The notes: generated by a model from the sequence alone, not told the origin. Positions 50,472-59,363 are shown, numbered from the stretch's first letter. The stretch is 64,000 nt of DNA from Clostridium sp. (GCA_031272895.1 JAISSW010000016.1:159098-223097), one strand, 5' to 3'. Program-made: numbers and translations.

Positions 50472-51275
50472 TTATTCCGTCATCAACTCGCTTATGTCCT
50501 CCGGCGAAAGTCCGGGCTGCAGGGCGGCATTTATTCCCAGCGCTATCAGCCGTGCCGCCCGCGAGGAAAGCAGGTCAATGTCGCGCGGGGCGACAAAATG
50601 GCTTGTGCCGTCCTCCGTGGGGTAATCCACCACAGTGGGTACGCCCACGGCAAGCACCGCCACCCCAAGGCTTGAGCGGCTAAGCTCCGGGCGGGTGTTT
50701 TGCACACCGCTGCCCGGCGATATGCCCGTGTCTGTCAGCTGCACGGTGTTACCAAGACGGCTGATATCGCCCGCCGCAAGGGCATCGACGGCAACAACAA
50801 GCGCCGGCTTGATTGCCCCCACAAGCGCCCTGAGCAGCTCCGCGGAGTCTATGCCTGTTTGGGCAAATACCCCGGGGGCAAGGGCACAGACCTCCCGCAG
50901 GCCCTCAATTCCGCGCCCGCGAGTGGTTAAAATAAGCCCCGCCGTGCGCGGACCAAGCGAATCCGGCGTGACCTGCGCGTTGCCCAGCCCCAGCACCAAG
51001 CAGCGCCCGCCAAGCGGTATTTTTTTGAGTATGGCGCTGATTTCCCGTGCAAGCAGCAGCGCCTGCTCCATTTTCGGCGCTTGGGAGGACAGCGCTTGGT
51101 CAAAGCGCAGGGTTACATAATTCCCCGCGGGCTTGCCGAAGGAATCTGCGTTTTTGCCTACACGCAGGCGGGTTATTACACAATCCCCGTGCTTTTCCTC
51201 AGTTTTTATTATGCCTGCCTGCGGAGCGCTGCGCTCGTGCAGCTCGTGGGCAAGGTCTGTGCGCGGCAATGCCAT
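50472..51275 (-). CDS. gpr: Germination protease GPR (spore endopeptidase)
   Basis: 267 aa. It starts RTDLAHELHE and later has LVLGLGNAQVTPDSLGP and VVAVDALAA, as in GPR family proteases. Confidence 0.8.
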   Translation of the reverse strand: MALPRTDLAHELHERSAPQAGIIKTEEKHGDCVITRLRVGKNADSFGKPAGNYVTLRFDQALSSQAPKMEQALLLAREISAILKKIPLGGRCLVLGLGNAQVTPDSLGPRTAGLILTTRGRGIEGLREVCALAPGVFAQTGIDSAELLRALVGAIKPALVVAVDALAAGDISRLGNTVQLTDTGISPGSGVQNTRPELSRSSLGVAVLAVGVPTVVDYPTEDGTSHFVAPRDIDLLSSRAARLIALGINAALQPGLSPEDISELMTE

Positions 51276-51327
51276 GTTACACCCCTTTTTTATAGCCTGA
51301 GCGGCTCTGCCGTGCCGCCCGCCGAAA

Positions 51328-51357
51328 TATTTTAGCCGTGACGGAGCAAAAAATTCA
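51328..51357 (-). promoter_or_regulatory. Candidate forespore (sigma-F/sigma-G type) promoter of gpr
   Basis: On the minus strand the sequence reads TGAAT-15 nt-GGCTAAAATA. This compares with the Bacillus sigma-F pattern GCATR-15-GGnnAnAHTR as I remember it. It lies about 50 nt upstream of the ATG. Confidence 0.3.
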
Positions 51358-51504
51358 CTGCGCCGGCAAAAGCGGCTTTACTTTCGCTGAAAAAAGGCGT
51401 AAAATACACTCGGAAACAGAGAATTTTTTGCGCTATGCAACAAAACGCGGCTAAAAACACTCTATTGTTATGTAAGCGCCAAACCGACATAAGGAGAGGT
51501 AACC

Positions 51505-52011
51505 ATGACTCAGGCAAACCCGGTACGGCTGGCAATGGAAGGCAGCTCCCAGGCCTTCGGGGAGCTTTACCGGCTGTACCACAAGCGCCTTTATGCCTAC
51601 GCCTGTATCTGCCTTCGCTCCGGGGCGCTGGCGGAGGAGGCTGTGCAGGACACCGCACTGATTGCTTGGCGCGAAATCCCGCGGCTGCGCAGTGAGGCGC
51701 AATTTGAGCACTGGCTGTTCAAGATTTTGGCGAACCGCTGCCGCCTGATTGCCCGCAAGGAGGCTCGCGTTATCCCCTTGGATGAAAACGACACCCCCGC
51801 TCCCGCCGCCCCGGACAGCCTTGCGCTCTCCCAAGAAACCCGCGACGCGCTGGACACGCTGCCCTTCGACGAAAGGGAAATTGTGCTGCTCTGCGTCCTG
51901 ACGGGACTGAGCGGACGGGAGGCTGCAAGGCTGCTCAACATCAACTATTCCACGCTGCGCTCCAAACGCTCGCGCGCCCTGACAAAGCTGCGCGGTCTGC
52001 TCAGCGACTGA
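51505..52011 (+). CDS. ECF-type RNA polymerase sigma factor (sigma-70 family, regions 2 and 4)
   Basis: 168 aa. Region 2 is LYRLYHKRLYAYACICL...AEEAVQDTALIAW. Region 4 is LPFDEREIVLLCVLTGLSGREAARLLNINYSTLRSKRSRALTKL. RBS AAGGAGAGG. Confidence 0.85.
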   Translation: MTQANPVRLAMEGSSQAFGELYRLYHKRLYAYACICLRSGALAEEAVQDTALIAWREIPRLRSEAQFEHWLFKILANRCRLIARKEARVIPLDENDTPAPAAPDSLALSQETRDALDTLPFDEREIVLLCVLTGLSGREAARLLNINYSTLRSKRSRALTKLRGLLSD

Positions 52012-52038
52012 AGCACCCTTTATTAGGAGGTTAGCAAG

Positions 52039-54549
52039 ATGAAAACCAACGACCTTAACACCGCTCGCCGTCTGCGGCGTGAGTTCCGCGCGGCGCTGCA
52101 CAATACCACCGTGCCGGACAGCATTTCTCCCCGGCGCGCCGAAGAAAACATTGCCTGGCAGCAAAGCAAAAATCCGCGGCGTTACAAGGCCAAATGGAAA
52201 AAGCCGCTCATCTCCGTGGCGGCGGCGGTGCTTGCCCTTTGCCTTGCGCTTGGCGTAATGCTGCAGCAAACGGGCTTGCCGCTAACAAGCTCCCTGCCGC
52301 CCGAGTGGGTGAACATGGATGCCTCTTCCGATGAACCAAGCTCCGAGCGCATTGTTAAGCCCCAAAACGCCCAAGAGCTGGAGGCTCTGTTCAAGTATTA
52401 CCGTGAGGGCGGCGGCAGCACCGCTTGGGATGCCCTAAGGGAAAAATACGGCGGTATCTTTAACTCCAAAGCAACGGCTAATGACGTCATAGACGGACAT
52501 TTTTCGGGAGTCACGGCCTTTTCGGGAGTCACGGCCGAAGTCGGCGACGCAATCGCCCCTGCTTCCGAAAGCGACGGCGGGGCGGGCGGCGGCACGGAGG
52601 TTGGGCAAACCAACAACCAGCTTGCCGACGTTGACGAGCAGGACATCATCAAAAACAGCGGCAAGACTCTTTTCATTGCCCAGAGAGGCAATATAGACAA
52701 CCCCGGCACAGTCGAGGCTACGGTTAATGTTGCGGTGCGGCGGATTCAGCTGCTTGCGAACGGCGAAATGAAGGAAATAAGTCCCGTCACTGTATACCAA
52801 GGCTGGCAATACGTCAAGGAATACGAGGAAATCGTCGGTCTGTTCCTGAGCGAGGGCAAGCTGGTGGTTATCAGCCAAACCCAGGGCTACTTCCTCCAAA
52901 AGCAGTCCGACGGTATTGCGGATATGGTGGGCGACAGCAGTAAAATTGTTACAATAACCCGCGTTTATGACGACGCCGACGGGGAAAGCCCCAAGCTGCT
53001 CTACACCTACTCCCAGGACGGCAGCTGCATTTCCTCACGGCTTTACAACGGAAGGGTAACGGTTGCAACAAGCTACGGTATTCCTTATTACGAAGAGGGC
53101 TTTGACCTTGAAAATGATATTTACCCCAAATACAGCGAGAACGCCGATGCTGCAACAAATATTCCCCTGCCGTCAATCTATTGCGCGGTTAACAACCCCA
53201 CGCCATACTACCTTGTGGTAGCCGGCATAGATTTGAACGCCGAAACGCTCAAGGCCGAGCAATGCGCCGTTTTGGGCGCGGGCTCAACCCTTTATTCCTC
53301 CGGCGAAAACCTATATATTGCCCGCAGCATATATAACAGCGGCAGCGATACTTCGGAAACCGAAATCTTCAAGTTCTCCGTTGGCGGTAAGCCAAGCTTG
53401 GCGGCAAGCGGGGTCGTTGCCGGAACCATGCTTAACCAATTCAGCATGGACGAATATAACGGCTACCTGCGTGTTGCCGCGCAGGTAACAAGCTACGAGG
53501 GCGGTCCCAATGGGGCCAATAATGTGGTAAGCGATGCGGTGGTAACCCCCGGCGGCTCCGTCAGCAGCAGCATTTATGTTCTGGATAAAAACCTTAAAAC
53601 GGTGGGCGAGCTAAAGGGGCTTGCCGCGGGCGAGAATATCCGGTCCGTGCGCTTCGTGGGCGACACAGGCTATGTTGTAACCTTCCTGCAAACTGACCCG
53701 CTGTTTGTTATTGACCTTAAGAACCCCAAAAAGCCTGCGCTGCTCGGCGAGCTTAAAATCCCCGGCTTTTCCTCCTACCTGCACCCCGTAGCCGACGGCT
53801 GGGTTGTGGGCGTGGGCTACCCGGGCACGGATACCGGCACAACACAGGGTGTTAAGCTCTCACTATTTGACGTGCGCGACCCAAGCAAGCCCAAGCTGGC
53901 GGACAGCGTTGAGTTTAACGGCAGCAGTTATTCCGCCGTGGGTACCTGGAACGAGTATTATTCCAACGCCGTTAACGAGCACAAGGCTTTCTTCAGCTAC
54001 GCAAGCAAGGGGCTTATCGGCATTCCCGTCCACAAGGACACCATAACCAATTCTTCGGGCTATTGCAGCTCCGTGCGCCAAAGTACGCTGTACGTTTACA
54101 GTGTTGAGAACGGTAAGCTAAAGGAATACGGCAGCTACAGCACGGATAAAATTACCAACAGCACGGATAAAACGTATCAATACAGCTATTTCAGCATTGG
54201 CATTGACGACCGCGCCACCTATGTTGGCGAAACCCTTTACAGCTACATCACGGGCGTTCTTTGCAGCTATGACCTGAGCACCGCAAAGCGGCTTGCAACC
54301 TACGACACTGTCCAAAACGCGCTGCCCTACGCCGCCAAACCAAGCACTGCTCCGCCTGAAGAGGAGTACAAACCAGAAAGCCCCGTTGAAACCCAACTTG
54401 AAAATACCACCACCGGCGCAAGCGAGCCGGAGCAAACCTCGCAAGCGGCAGAACCGGGCACCGCCGCTCCCGCGGAAAGCACAAGCGCCGCCTCCGGGCA
54501 GGTTGAGCCGCAAGCTCCCGACATCACAACCGAACCCTTTGCCGGCTAA
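52039..54549 (+). CDS. Single-pass membrane protein with a large extracytoplasmic beta-propeller-type domain; candidate anti-sigma partner
   Basis: 836 aa. A cytoplasmic N-terminal segment of about 66 aa precedes the TM segment LISVAAAVLALCLALGVML. The large ectodomain has features I associate with the Firmicutes/archaeal beta-propeller domain family (NQFSMDEYNGYLRVA, IRSVRFVGDTGYVVTFLQTDPLFVIDL, GFSSYLHP). The tail is P/E/T/A-rich. It starts 28 nt after the sigma gene. RBS AGGAGG. Confidence 0.6.
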   Translation: MKTNDLNTARRLRREFRAALHNTTVPDSISPRRAEENIAWQQSKNPRRYKAKWKKPLISVAAAVLALCLALGVMLQQTGLPLTSSLPPEWVNMDASSDEPSSERIVKPQNAQELEALFKYYREGGGSTAWDALREKYGGIFNSKATANDVIDGHFSGVTAFSGVTAEVGDAIAPASESDGGAGGGTEVGQTNNQLADVDEQDIIKNSGKTLFIAQRGNIDNPGTVEATVNVAVRRIQLLANGEMKEISPVTVYQGWQYVKEYEEIVGLFLSEGKLVVISQTQGYFLQKQSDGIADMVGDSSKIVTITRVYDDADGESPKLLYTYSQDGSCISSRLYNGRVTVATSYGIPYYEEGFDLENDIYPKYSENADAATNIPLPSIYCAVNNPTPYYLVVAGIDLNAETLKAEQCAVLGAGSTLYSSGENLYIARSIYNSGSDTSETEIFKFSVGGKPSLAASGVVAGTMLNQFSMDEYNGYLRVAAQVTSYEGGPNGANNVVSDAVVTPGGSVSSSIYVLDKNLKTVGELKGLAAGENIRSVRFVGDTGYVVTFLQTDPLFVIDLKNPKKPALLGELKIPGFSSYLHPVADGWVVGVGYPGTDTGTTQGVKLSLFDVRDPSKPKLADSVEFNGSSYSAVGTWNEYYSNAVNEHKAFFSYASKGLIGIPVHKDTITNSSGYCSSVRQSTLYVYSVENGKLKEYGSYSTDKITNSTDKTYQYSYFSIGIDDRATYVGETLYSYITGVLCSYDLSTAKRLATYDTVQNALPYAAKPSTAPPEEEYKPESPVETQLENTTTGASEPEQTSQAAEPGTAAPAESTSAASGQVEPQAPDITTEPFAG
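52501..52536 (+). repeat. Perfect 18-bp tandem duplication inside the CDS (encodes FSGVTA FSGVTA)
   Basis: TTTTCGGGAGTCACGGCC occurs twice, head to tail. Read directly from the sequence. Confidence 0.95.
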
Positions 54550-54572
54550 CGCTAACACCCCCTTAACCCAAG

Positions 54573-54606
54573 GCACGCCCGTCCCCCGCGGGTGTGCTTT
54601 GGGTTT
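54573..54606 (+). terminator. Intrinsic terminator after the beta-propeller gene
   Basis: Stem GCACGCCCG/CGGGTGTGC with one G-U pair, followed by TTTGGGTTTC. Confidence 0.5.
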
Positions 54607-54629
54607 CTGTCAAAAAACTCCTTTGCGGC

Positions 54630-54658
54630 TTGCGGGTATTGACCAAATGTGCTATAAT
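54630..54658 (+). promoter_or_regulatory. Sigma-A promoter for the orphan gene (TTGCGG-17 bp-TATAAT, TGTGC-extended)
   Basis: TTGCGG at 54630-54635 and TATAAT at 54653-54658. It contains the same 17-mer AAATGTGCTATAATTAG as the dnaB promoter. Confidence 0.5.
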
Positions 54659-54693
54659 TAGACCAAGCCACAGCGAAAGGAGGCAGTTCCGAT

Positions 54694-55791
54694 ATGAATG
54701 ATAAGCGTTCCACCGACCCGGATGGTATTCCCGCCGAGCTGAAAAACCTGTTGTTCAATTACCTGCTGGATTATGACGTTGAGGGGATTGTTAACTCGCT
54801 GACAAGCCTGCGCGACGGTTCGCCGGAGCATTTTTCGATGGCGGCAAGCTCCACCGTCAGCCTCTTCCCGTGGAAAAAGGTGCCACTAAAGGACACCTTA
54901 CGCGTGTGGGCATTGCTGCCGGACAAGCTTTCAACCGAGCAAGGACTGCTTGCAAAGATTTTGGATAACATGACCTCACAGCTCAACACTCTGCCGGAGA
55001 ACGAGCCTGTTCCCATGTCCGTGCTTAGCGCCTGGGAGCGGATAGACGGCAACGAGCTTGCAAAGCGCAGCAATGTTTTGCCTGAGCTGAAAAATGCGCT
55101 GGACAGCTTTGTTAAAACCATGGGTGACCGAGGCTTCCCAATACCAAGGCGCGCGAACGAATCACCCGAGCTTGACGAGAGGCTTCGTGTTTATTCCATT
55201 TTAGAGGACTTCCGCAAGGGGACACCAATAATGCCCTCAATGCTCAGGCGCCTGCGGCTGCTCAACGAAAAGCTGGACGGTCCGATGAAAAATGACGGCC
55301 CTTTTCGCGTTAAATTCCTTAACATAAAGCGCCAAAAGCTTTGGGAGTGCTTAGCTGCAAAGGATGATACGGACGCACAATTCCTTGCGGATGTACTGTG
55401 TGATGGCTTTCCGGATTCTGAAGTGCTGGTTTCGGGCGAAAAAAAAATGACGGTCGCCCAAATGCGCGAGGCAATGGGGCTTGAGGATTTATCGCTCATC
55501 TCCGTTCTGCGGAAGGGTTACATACCTCAAATCGAAAACCATCCCCCCCATCCCCCCTTTAAGCTAAGTGATATCTTCAACATACAGGAACCCAAAAAGT
55601 ACAGCCGAAAAGACTACCTTAAGGATATGCTTCCCTGGCTTGCGGTGCTGTTTTTTGTCGGCATAGGCGCCTTTTTACTGGACGGAATGGTCGGCGGTAT
55701 GCTGCGCGGCGCGGGACTCGTTCTCCTTATATTTGCCGTAGTCAACGGCGTGATACGTTTCAAATGGGCAAGGCAGGGGCACAGGGATTGA
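54694..55791 (+). CDS. Hypothetical protein: soluble N-domain of about 300 aa plus two C-terminal TM helices
   Basis: 365 aa with RBS AAAGGAGG, its own promoter and its own terminator. The C-terminus is LPWLAVLFFVGIGAFLL...GLVLLIFAVVNGVI. I recognise no motif. Confidence 0.6.
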   Translation: MNDKRSTDPDGIPAELKNLLFNYLLDYDVEGIVNSLTSLRDGSPEHFSMAASSTVSLFPWKKVPLKDTLRVWALLPDKLSTEQGLLAKILDNMTSQLNTLPENEPVPMSVLSAWERIDGNELAKRSNVLPELKNALDSFVKTMGDRGFPIPRRANESPELDERLRVYSILEDFRKGTPIMPSMLRRLRLLNEKLDGPMKNDGPFRVKFLNIKRQKLWECLAAKDDTDAQFLADVLCDGFPDSEVLVSGEKKMTVAQMREAMGLEDLSLISVLRKGYIPQIENHPPHPPFKLSDIFNIQEPKKYSRKDYLKDMLPWLAVLFFVGIGAFLLDGMVGGMLRGAGLVLLIFAVVNGVIRFKWARQGHRD

Positions 55792-55795
55792 CTAA

Positions 55796-55829
55796 CTGCC
55801 GCCGAAGCTGACCGGGCGGCAGTTTTTTT
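55796..55829 (+). terminator. Intrinsic terminator of the orphan gene
   Basis: Stem CTGCCGCC/GGCGGCAG followed by T7. It ends immediately before the 3' end of dprA, which runs on the other strand. Confidence 0.65.
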
Positions 55830-55830
55830 G

Positions 55831-57072
55831 TCATGCCAAAACAAAGCGGTTGCCGGCCAAACGTCCCGCCGCACCGAATAGCTCAAGCTCCGTGAGCGCC
55901 GCCATTACCTGCCCCATGGGCAGCGCGCAGCTCCTTGCGATTTCGTCAGCGCCGCGCCCCTCTTTTGCGTCTAACTGCTCAAACACGGCTCTTGCGTCCT
56001 CGCTGCAGCCCTCCGGGCAAGCCCTCGTGCGCCGGGCTGCGGCTATATCCTCCGCCGCAGGTAGCATTTTCCCCTCCGGCTCTCTCCTTGCCGTCTGCGG
56101 CTGTTTTATGCTGCGTTTTTTTCGCGGTTTTTCCACCGGCGGGATATAATCCGGCGATGCCTGCAGCACGGTTTCCGCCCGCTCAAGCTCAATAATACCG
56201 GGGAACCTGAGCGCATAATCCTCCAGCACGTCATAGGCGGAAAAGACCGGCTTCGCCCCCTCTCTTATCAGCTTGTTTGAGCCGTTATTGGCGCTTTCGG
56301 CAATATCCCCCGGTACTGCAAAAACATCCCTGCCCTGCTCCAGCGCAAGACCCGCCGTAATCAGCGAGCCGCTCCTCTCGCCCGCCTCAATCACCAAAAC
56401 ACCGCGGCTTATTCCGGCGATTATCCTGTTGCGTATTGGAAAATTGCGCGGCGTTGCCTCACTGCCCGGCGGATATTCGCTTATCAGCGCACCGTTCTCG
56501 GCAATGCGCTTGCGCAGAGGTGCGTTTTCTTTCAGGTAAGGCACGTCCAGTCCCGCGCCAAGCACGGCAATTGTTTTTCCTCCGGCGGCAAGCGCACCCT
56601 CGTGCGCAGCGGAATCCACGCCAAGCGCCGCCCCGCTGACTATCAGCCCCCCCGCGCCGGTTATGGAAACACAAAGGCGGTTTGCTATCTTGCGGCTTTT
56701 GTAGCTGGCGTTGCGGGTTCCAACAACGCCAAGCGGCATGGGGTGCTTGAGTACGGCGGTATCCCCGCTGCAAAAAAGAGCCAGCGGCGGGTTGATTATT
56801 CCGCGCAGCAGCGGAGGATAATCTGCGCTCTCCGGTGTAAGGATTGCCCAGCCGTTTGCGGCGCAGCGGCGTATAAGCGGGGCATAATCCCGCGGGCTGC
56901 TTTGGCGCATGGCGTTAAGCTGCCTTGGCGTAAATGCCGCGCTGACAACTCTTGCCGTCGGGCTTGCCTCCCAAACGGCGCGCGCCGTGCCGAACGCCGC
57001 AAGCAGCTCCTGCGTGTTGGCGCCGGGTCCCATGGCGTTTTGCAGCCATAGCCAATAGGCGGCTGTTCCCAT
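55831..57072 (-). CDS. dprA: DNA processing protein DprA (Smf)
   Basis: 413 aa. The Rossmann-like core is GVVGTRNASYKSRKIA...SGAALGVDSAAHEGAL...EYPPGSEATPRNFPIRNRIIAG...GSLITA. A C-terminal winged-helix-like tail follows. RBS AGGAGG. Confidence 0.9.
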   Translation of the reverse strand: MGTAAYWLWLQNAMGPGANTQELLAAFGTARAVWEASPTARVVSAAFTPRQLNAMRQSSPRDYAPLIRRCAANGWAILTPESADYPPLLRGIINPPLALFCSGDTAVLKHPMPLGVVGTRNASYKSRKIANRLCVSITGAGGLIVSGAALGVDSAAHEGALAAGGKTIAVLGAGLDVPYLKENAPLRKRIAENGALISEYPPGSEATPRNFPIRNRIIAGISRGVLVIEAGERSGSLITAGLALEQGRDVFAVPGDIAESANNGSNKLIREGAKPVFSAYDVLEDYALRFPGIIELERAETVLQASPDYIPPVEKPRKKRSIKQPQTARREPEGKMLPAAEDIAAARRTRACPEGCSEDARAVFEQLDAKEGRGADEIARSCALPMGQVMAALTELELFGAAGRLAGNRFVLA

Positions 57073-57075
57073 GCC

Positions 57076-58620
57076 CTACCTCCTGAATCCGATTGCGGCG
57101 TGCAGGCGCTTAAGGTCCTCAAGCACAATAAGCCTGCCCTCTTCGTCGCCCTGAAACGCACCCTGTGCGTTTGTCACTCCCGCCGGTCTGCGCATATTTG
57201 CCAACAGCGCGCGCAGGCTTTTTTTGGTTTCCTCGCTGCCGTATTCCAGCAAATAGCGTGCCTTGCGTACCCCACGCACACCCTGCGCCAGCAGCAAAAA
57301 GCGGCGGCTCAGCTGCTGCGGGTAAAGCAAGAAGCAGTCGCCGCTTTCCCAAAAGCGGTAGCTTGCGTCCTCCAATGGGTTTTCGTTCCAGGCGTCCAGC
57401 GCCCAGCGCAAAAAGCCGTCCGCGCCCTGGGCAAAGGCATACCAAACACACCATTCGCTTTCCTCCGGCACGGAGCGGACAAAGCTGTTCGGGTAATTCC
57501 CGCCGCAGGTATAAATGGTCGTCGTCTGTCCGCGTTCCCTGCGCTCGGCTATTATTTTTTTTAGCCCTGAGCCTTCAAGCGGAACCCGCCTTTGCTCAAT
57601 CGAGATGTCGTCCGCCTCCCTTGCGGGCAGCAGCCCCGCGCGCTTAAGGTTAATAGCGCAGGATATTTTCAGCCGCTCCCCTGCAGAGCTTTTGAATTGC
57701 CGCAAAAAGCGCAGCGCCTTTCGGGTCACGTTTGCGGGGCGCTCGTCCACGGCAATATACACCCTGCCGAACCAAGCGTTTTCCTCAAGGTGGGCAATAA
57801 AGTCGTGCAGAAAAGCAGTCCAAACCTCTCGCCAGCGCTTGCCGCCAACCCTAAGGCTTATCTCTTTTTCCCCGCCGCTTGCCTCGTCAAAATACCGCAG
57901 GCGGTCGCCCCAGGGCAAAAGGGAGAAGCACTTTATAGCCCCGGTAATCCCGCAGTCCCGCGCAAGGCAAACCCAGGCGTCAAAGTCCGTGTAGTCAAAC
58001 GTAAAGCCTCCGCCCTTGCCGCGCCGCCACTTTACCATGGACGGATAGGGGTCATAGGTTTGACCATTCCAGGGGTTCTCGCAAATTGTTGCGGTAAGGA
58101 TATTTCCGCCCGCCCGCCTGTAAAGCCGCAAATGCTCCGCCGCCTGCTCCCCAAAGCCTGTGGAATTATAATACCTGTTTAGAGTATATGGGTACTGCCA
58201 CAGCTCAAGGCTAAAGCCCTCCTGCGGCAAGACCCGCTCCAGCACACGCACAAGGATAAGCCTTTCCAAACTGGCCTTGCCCAGACGCAGCTTTAGCGTA
58301 ATTTCATAGCTGCCGGGGATTGTGTGTTTCGGCGCGGCTATGTGCAGCAGCAGCTCAAGCCTGCCGTCGTCCGGTACAAAGCTCGGCTCCCCCTTATAAA
58401 GAATATCCGGTACGCTTTCCTTTAATTCTTTTTTGTTCCAATCGTCGTTTTTGCCGTAGCCACGCCCCACATAGGCAAGCACCGGCTTGACCCAAAACAG
58501 CTCTACCCTCAGTCCGGCGCCGTATTCCGGGCGCAGCTCAAACTCAGTGCCCGGCGTAACATCAAATTCCAGCGGTATTTCTGCGGCGTCGCCGCGCCAA
58601 AGTGTGTACTCCTCAACCAA
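57076..58620 (-). CDS. DUF4091-like (GH123-related?) protein
   Basis: 514 aa with a TTG start and RBS GGGGGTG. An N-terminal beta-sandwich-like region (IPGSYEITLKL) is followed by a TIM-barrel-like region rich in W/Y. The family assignment comes from memory of DUF4091 proteins and is tentative. Confidence 0.35.
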   Translation of the reverse strand: MVEEYTLWRGDAAEIPLEFDVTPGTEFELRPEYGAGLRVELFWVKPVLAYVGRGYGKNDDWNKKELKESVPDILYKGEPSFVPDDGRLELLLHIAAPKHTIPGSYEITLKLRLGKASLERLILVRVLERVLPQEGFSLELWQYPYTLNRYYNSTGFGEQAAEHLRLYRRAGGNILTATICENPWNGQTYDPYPSMVKWRRGKGGGFTFDYTDFDAWVCLARDCGITGAIKCFSLLPWGDRLRYFDEASGGEKEISLRVGGKRWREVWTAFLHDFIAHLEENAWFGRVYIAVDERPANVTRKALRFLRQFKSSAGERLKISCAINLKRAGLLPAREADDISIEQRRVPLEGSGLKKIIAERRERGQTTTIYTCGGNYPNSFVRSVPEESEWCVWYAFAQGADGFLRWALDAWNENPLEDASYRFWESGDCFLLYPQQLSRRFLLLAQGVRGVRKARYLLEYGSEETKKSLRALLANMRRPAGVTNAQGAFQGDEEGRLIVLEDLKRLHAAIGFRR

Positions 58621-58639
58621 GCCGTCACCCCCGCCGCGC

Positions 58640-59266
58640 TTAATACTCGCGCGTAAGCCCTATAACCTTGCCCAGTATAATTAGTTCCCGGCAAAGTATG
58701 GGCTTGTAGTCGTCGTTTTCCGGCTGCAGGCGAAAGCCCCTTTTTTCCTGGAAGAAGCGCTTGACTGTAGCCTCATCTTCCAGCATTGCAACCACAATAT
58801 CGCCGTTTTCTGCGGCTGGTGTCTGCTCAACAATAACAATGTCGCCGTCCAAAATGGCGGCGTTCTTCATGCTGTCGCCGCGCACACGCAGGGCAAACAG
58901 CTTTTTTTGCCGCCCGGCACGCCCCGAATACGGCACATATCCCTCTATCTGCTCCACCGCAAGGATAGGCTCGCCGGCGGTGACTAAGCCCACAAGCGGC
59001 ACACTGACCGGCTCCGAATCGTCCGAAGAGGTGAGGCGCAGTGAACGCTTGCGCATTTTGTCGCGCTTAATAAAGCCCGCCTCCTCAAGCGAATTAAGGC
59101 AAGCCTGTACGCTGGAGGTTGACTTTAACCCCACTGCGGCGCAGATTTCCCGCACTGTCGGCGGTATTCCGTCATGGCGGCGCTGCTGCAAATACGCCAG
59201 CACACGGCGCTGGGTTTGGCTTTTTGGCAGTGCTTCTTCTCCGTCAATATGAGCTTTATCTAACAT
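58640..59266 (-). CDS. lexA: LexA repressor
   Basis: 208 aa with an N-terminal winged HTH (TQRRVLAYLQQRRHDGIPPTVREICAAVGLKSTSSVQACL). The cleavage-site region is LVTAGEP. The catalytic Ser is in GDSM and the catalytic Lys in TVKRF. Confidence 0.95.
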   Translation of the reverse strand: MLDKAHIDGEEALPKSQTQRRVLAYLQQRRHDGIPPTVREICAAVGLKSTSSVQACLNSLEEAGFIKRDKMRKRSLRLTSSDDSEPVSVPLVGLVTAGEPILAVEQIEGYVPYSGRAGRQKKLFALRVRGDSMKNAAILDGDIVIVEQTPAAENGDIVVAMLEDEATVKRFFQEKRGFRLQPENDDYKPILCRELIILGKVIGLTREY

Positions 59267-59296
59267 ACTACCCTCCGCTTATATATTACAGCGGAA

Positions 59297-59325
59297 ATTA
59301 TAGCACATTTGTTTTGTTTTTGCAA
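59297..59325 (-). promoter_or_regulatory. Sigma-A promoter of lexA (TTGCAA-17 bp-TATAAT, TGTGC-extended)
   Basis: On the minus strand the sequence reads TTGCAAaaacaaaacaaatgtgcTATAAT. The -10 element lies about 30 nt upstream of the ATG at 59266. Confidence 0.55.
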
Positions 59326-59363
59326 ATATATCTCAACCCGCGCCAAGATATGTCACTGTGACG

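Noticed and set aside
59303-59319. SOS box AAAC-N4-GTGC in the lexA promoter spacer.
   Set aside because: It has two mismatches to the GAAC-N4-GTTC core. The matching bases belong to the AAATGTGCTATAAT extended -10 shared with dnaB and an unrelated gene, so the resemblance is probably coincidental.
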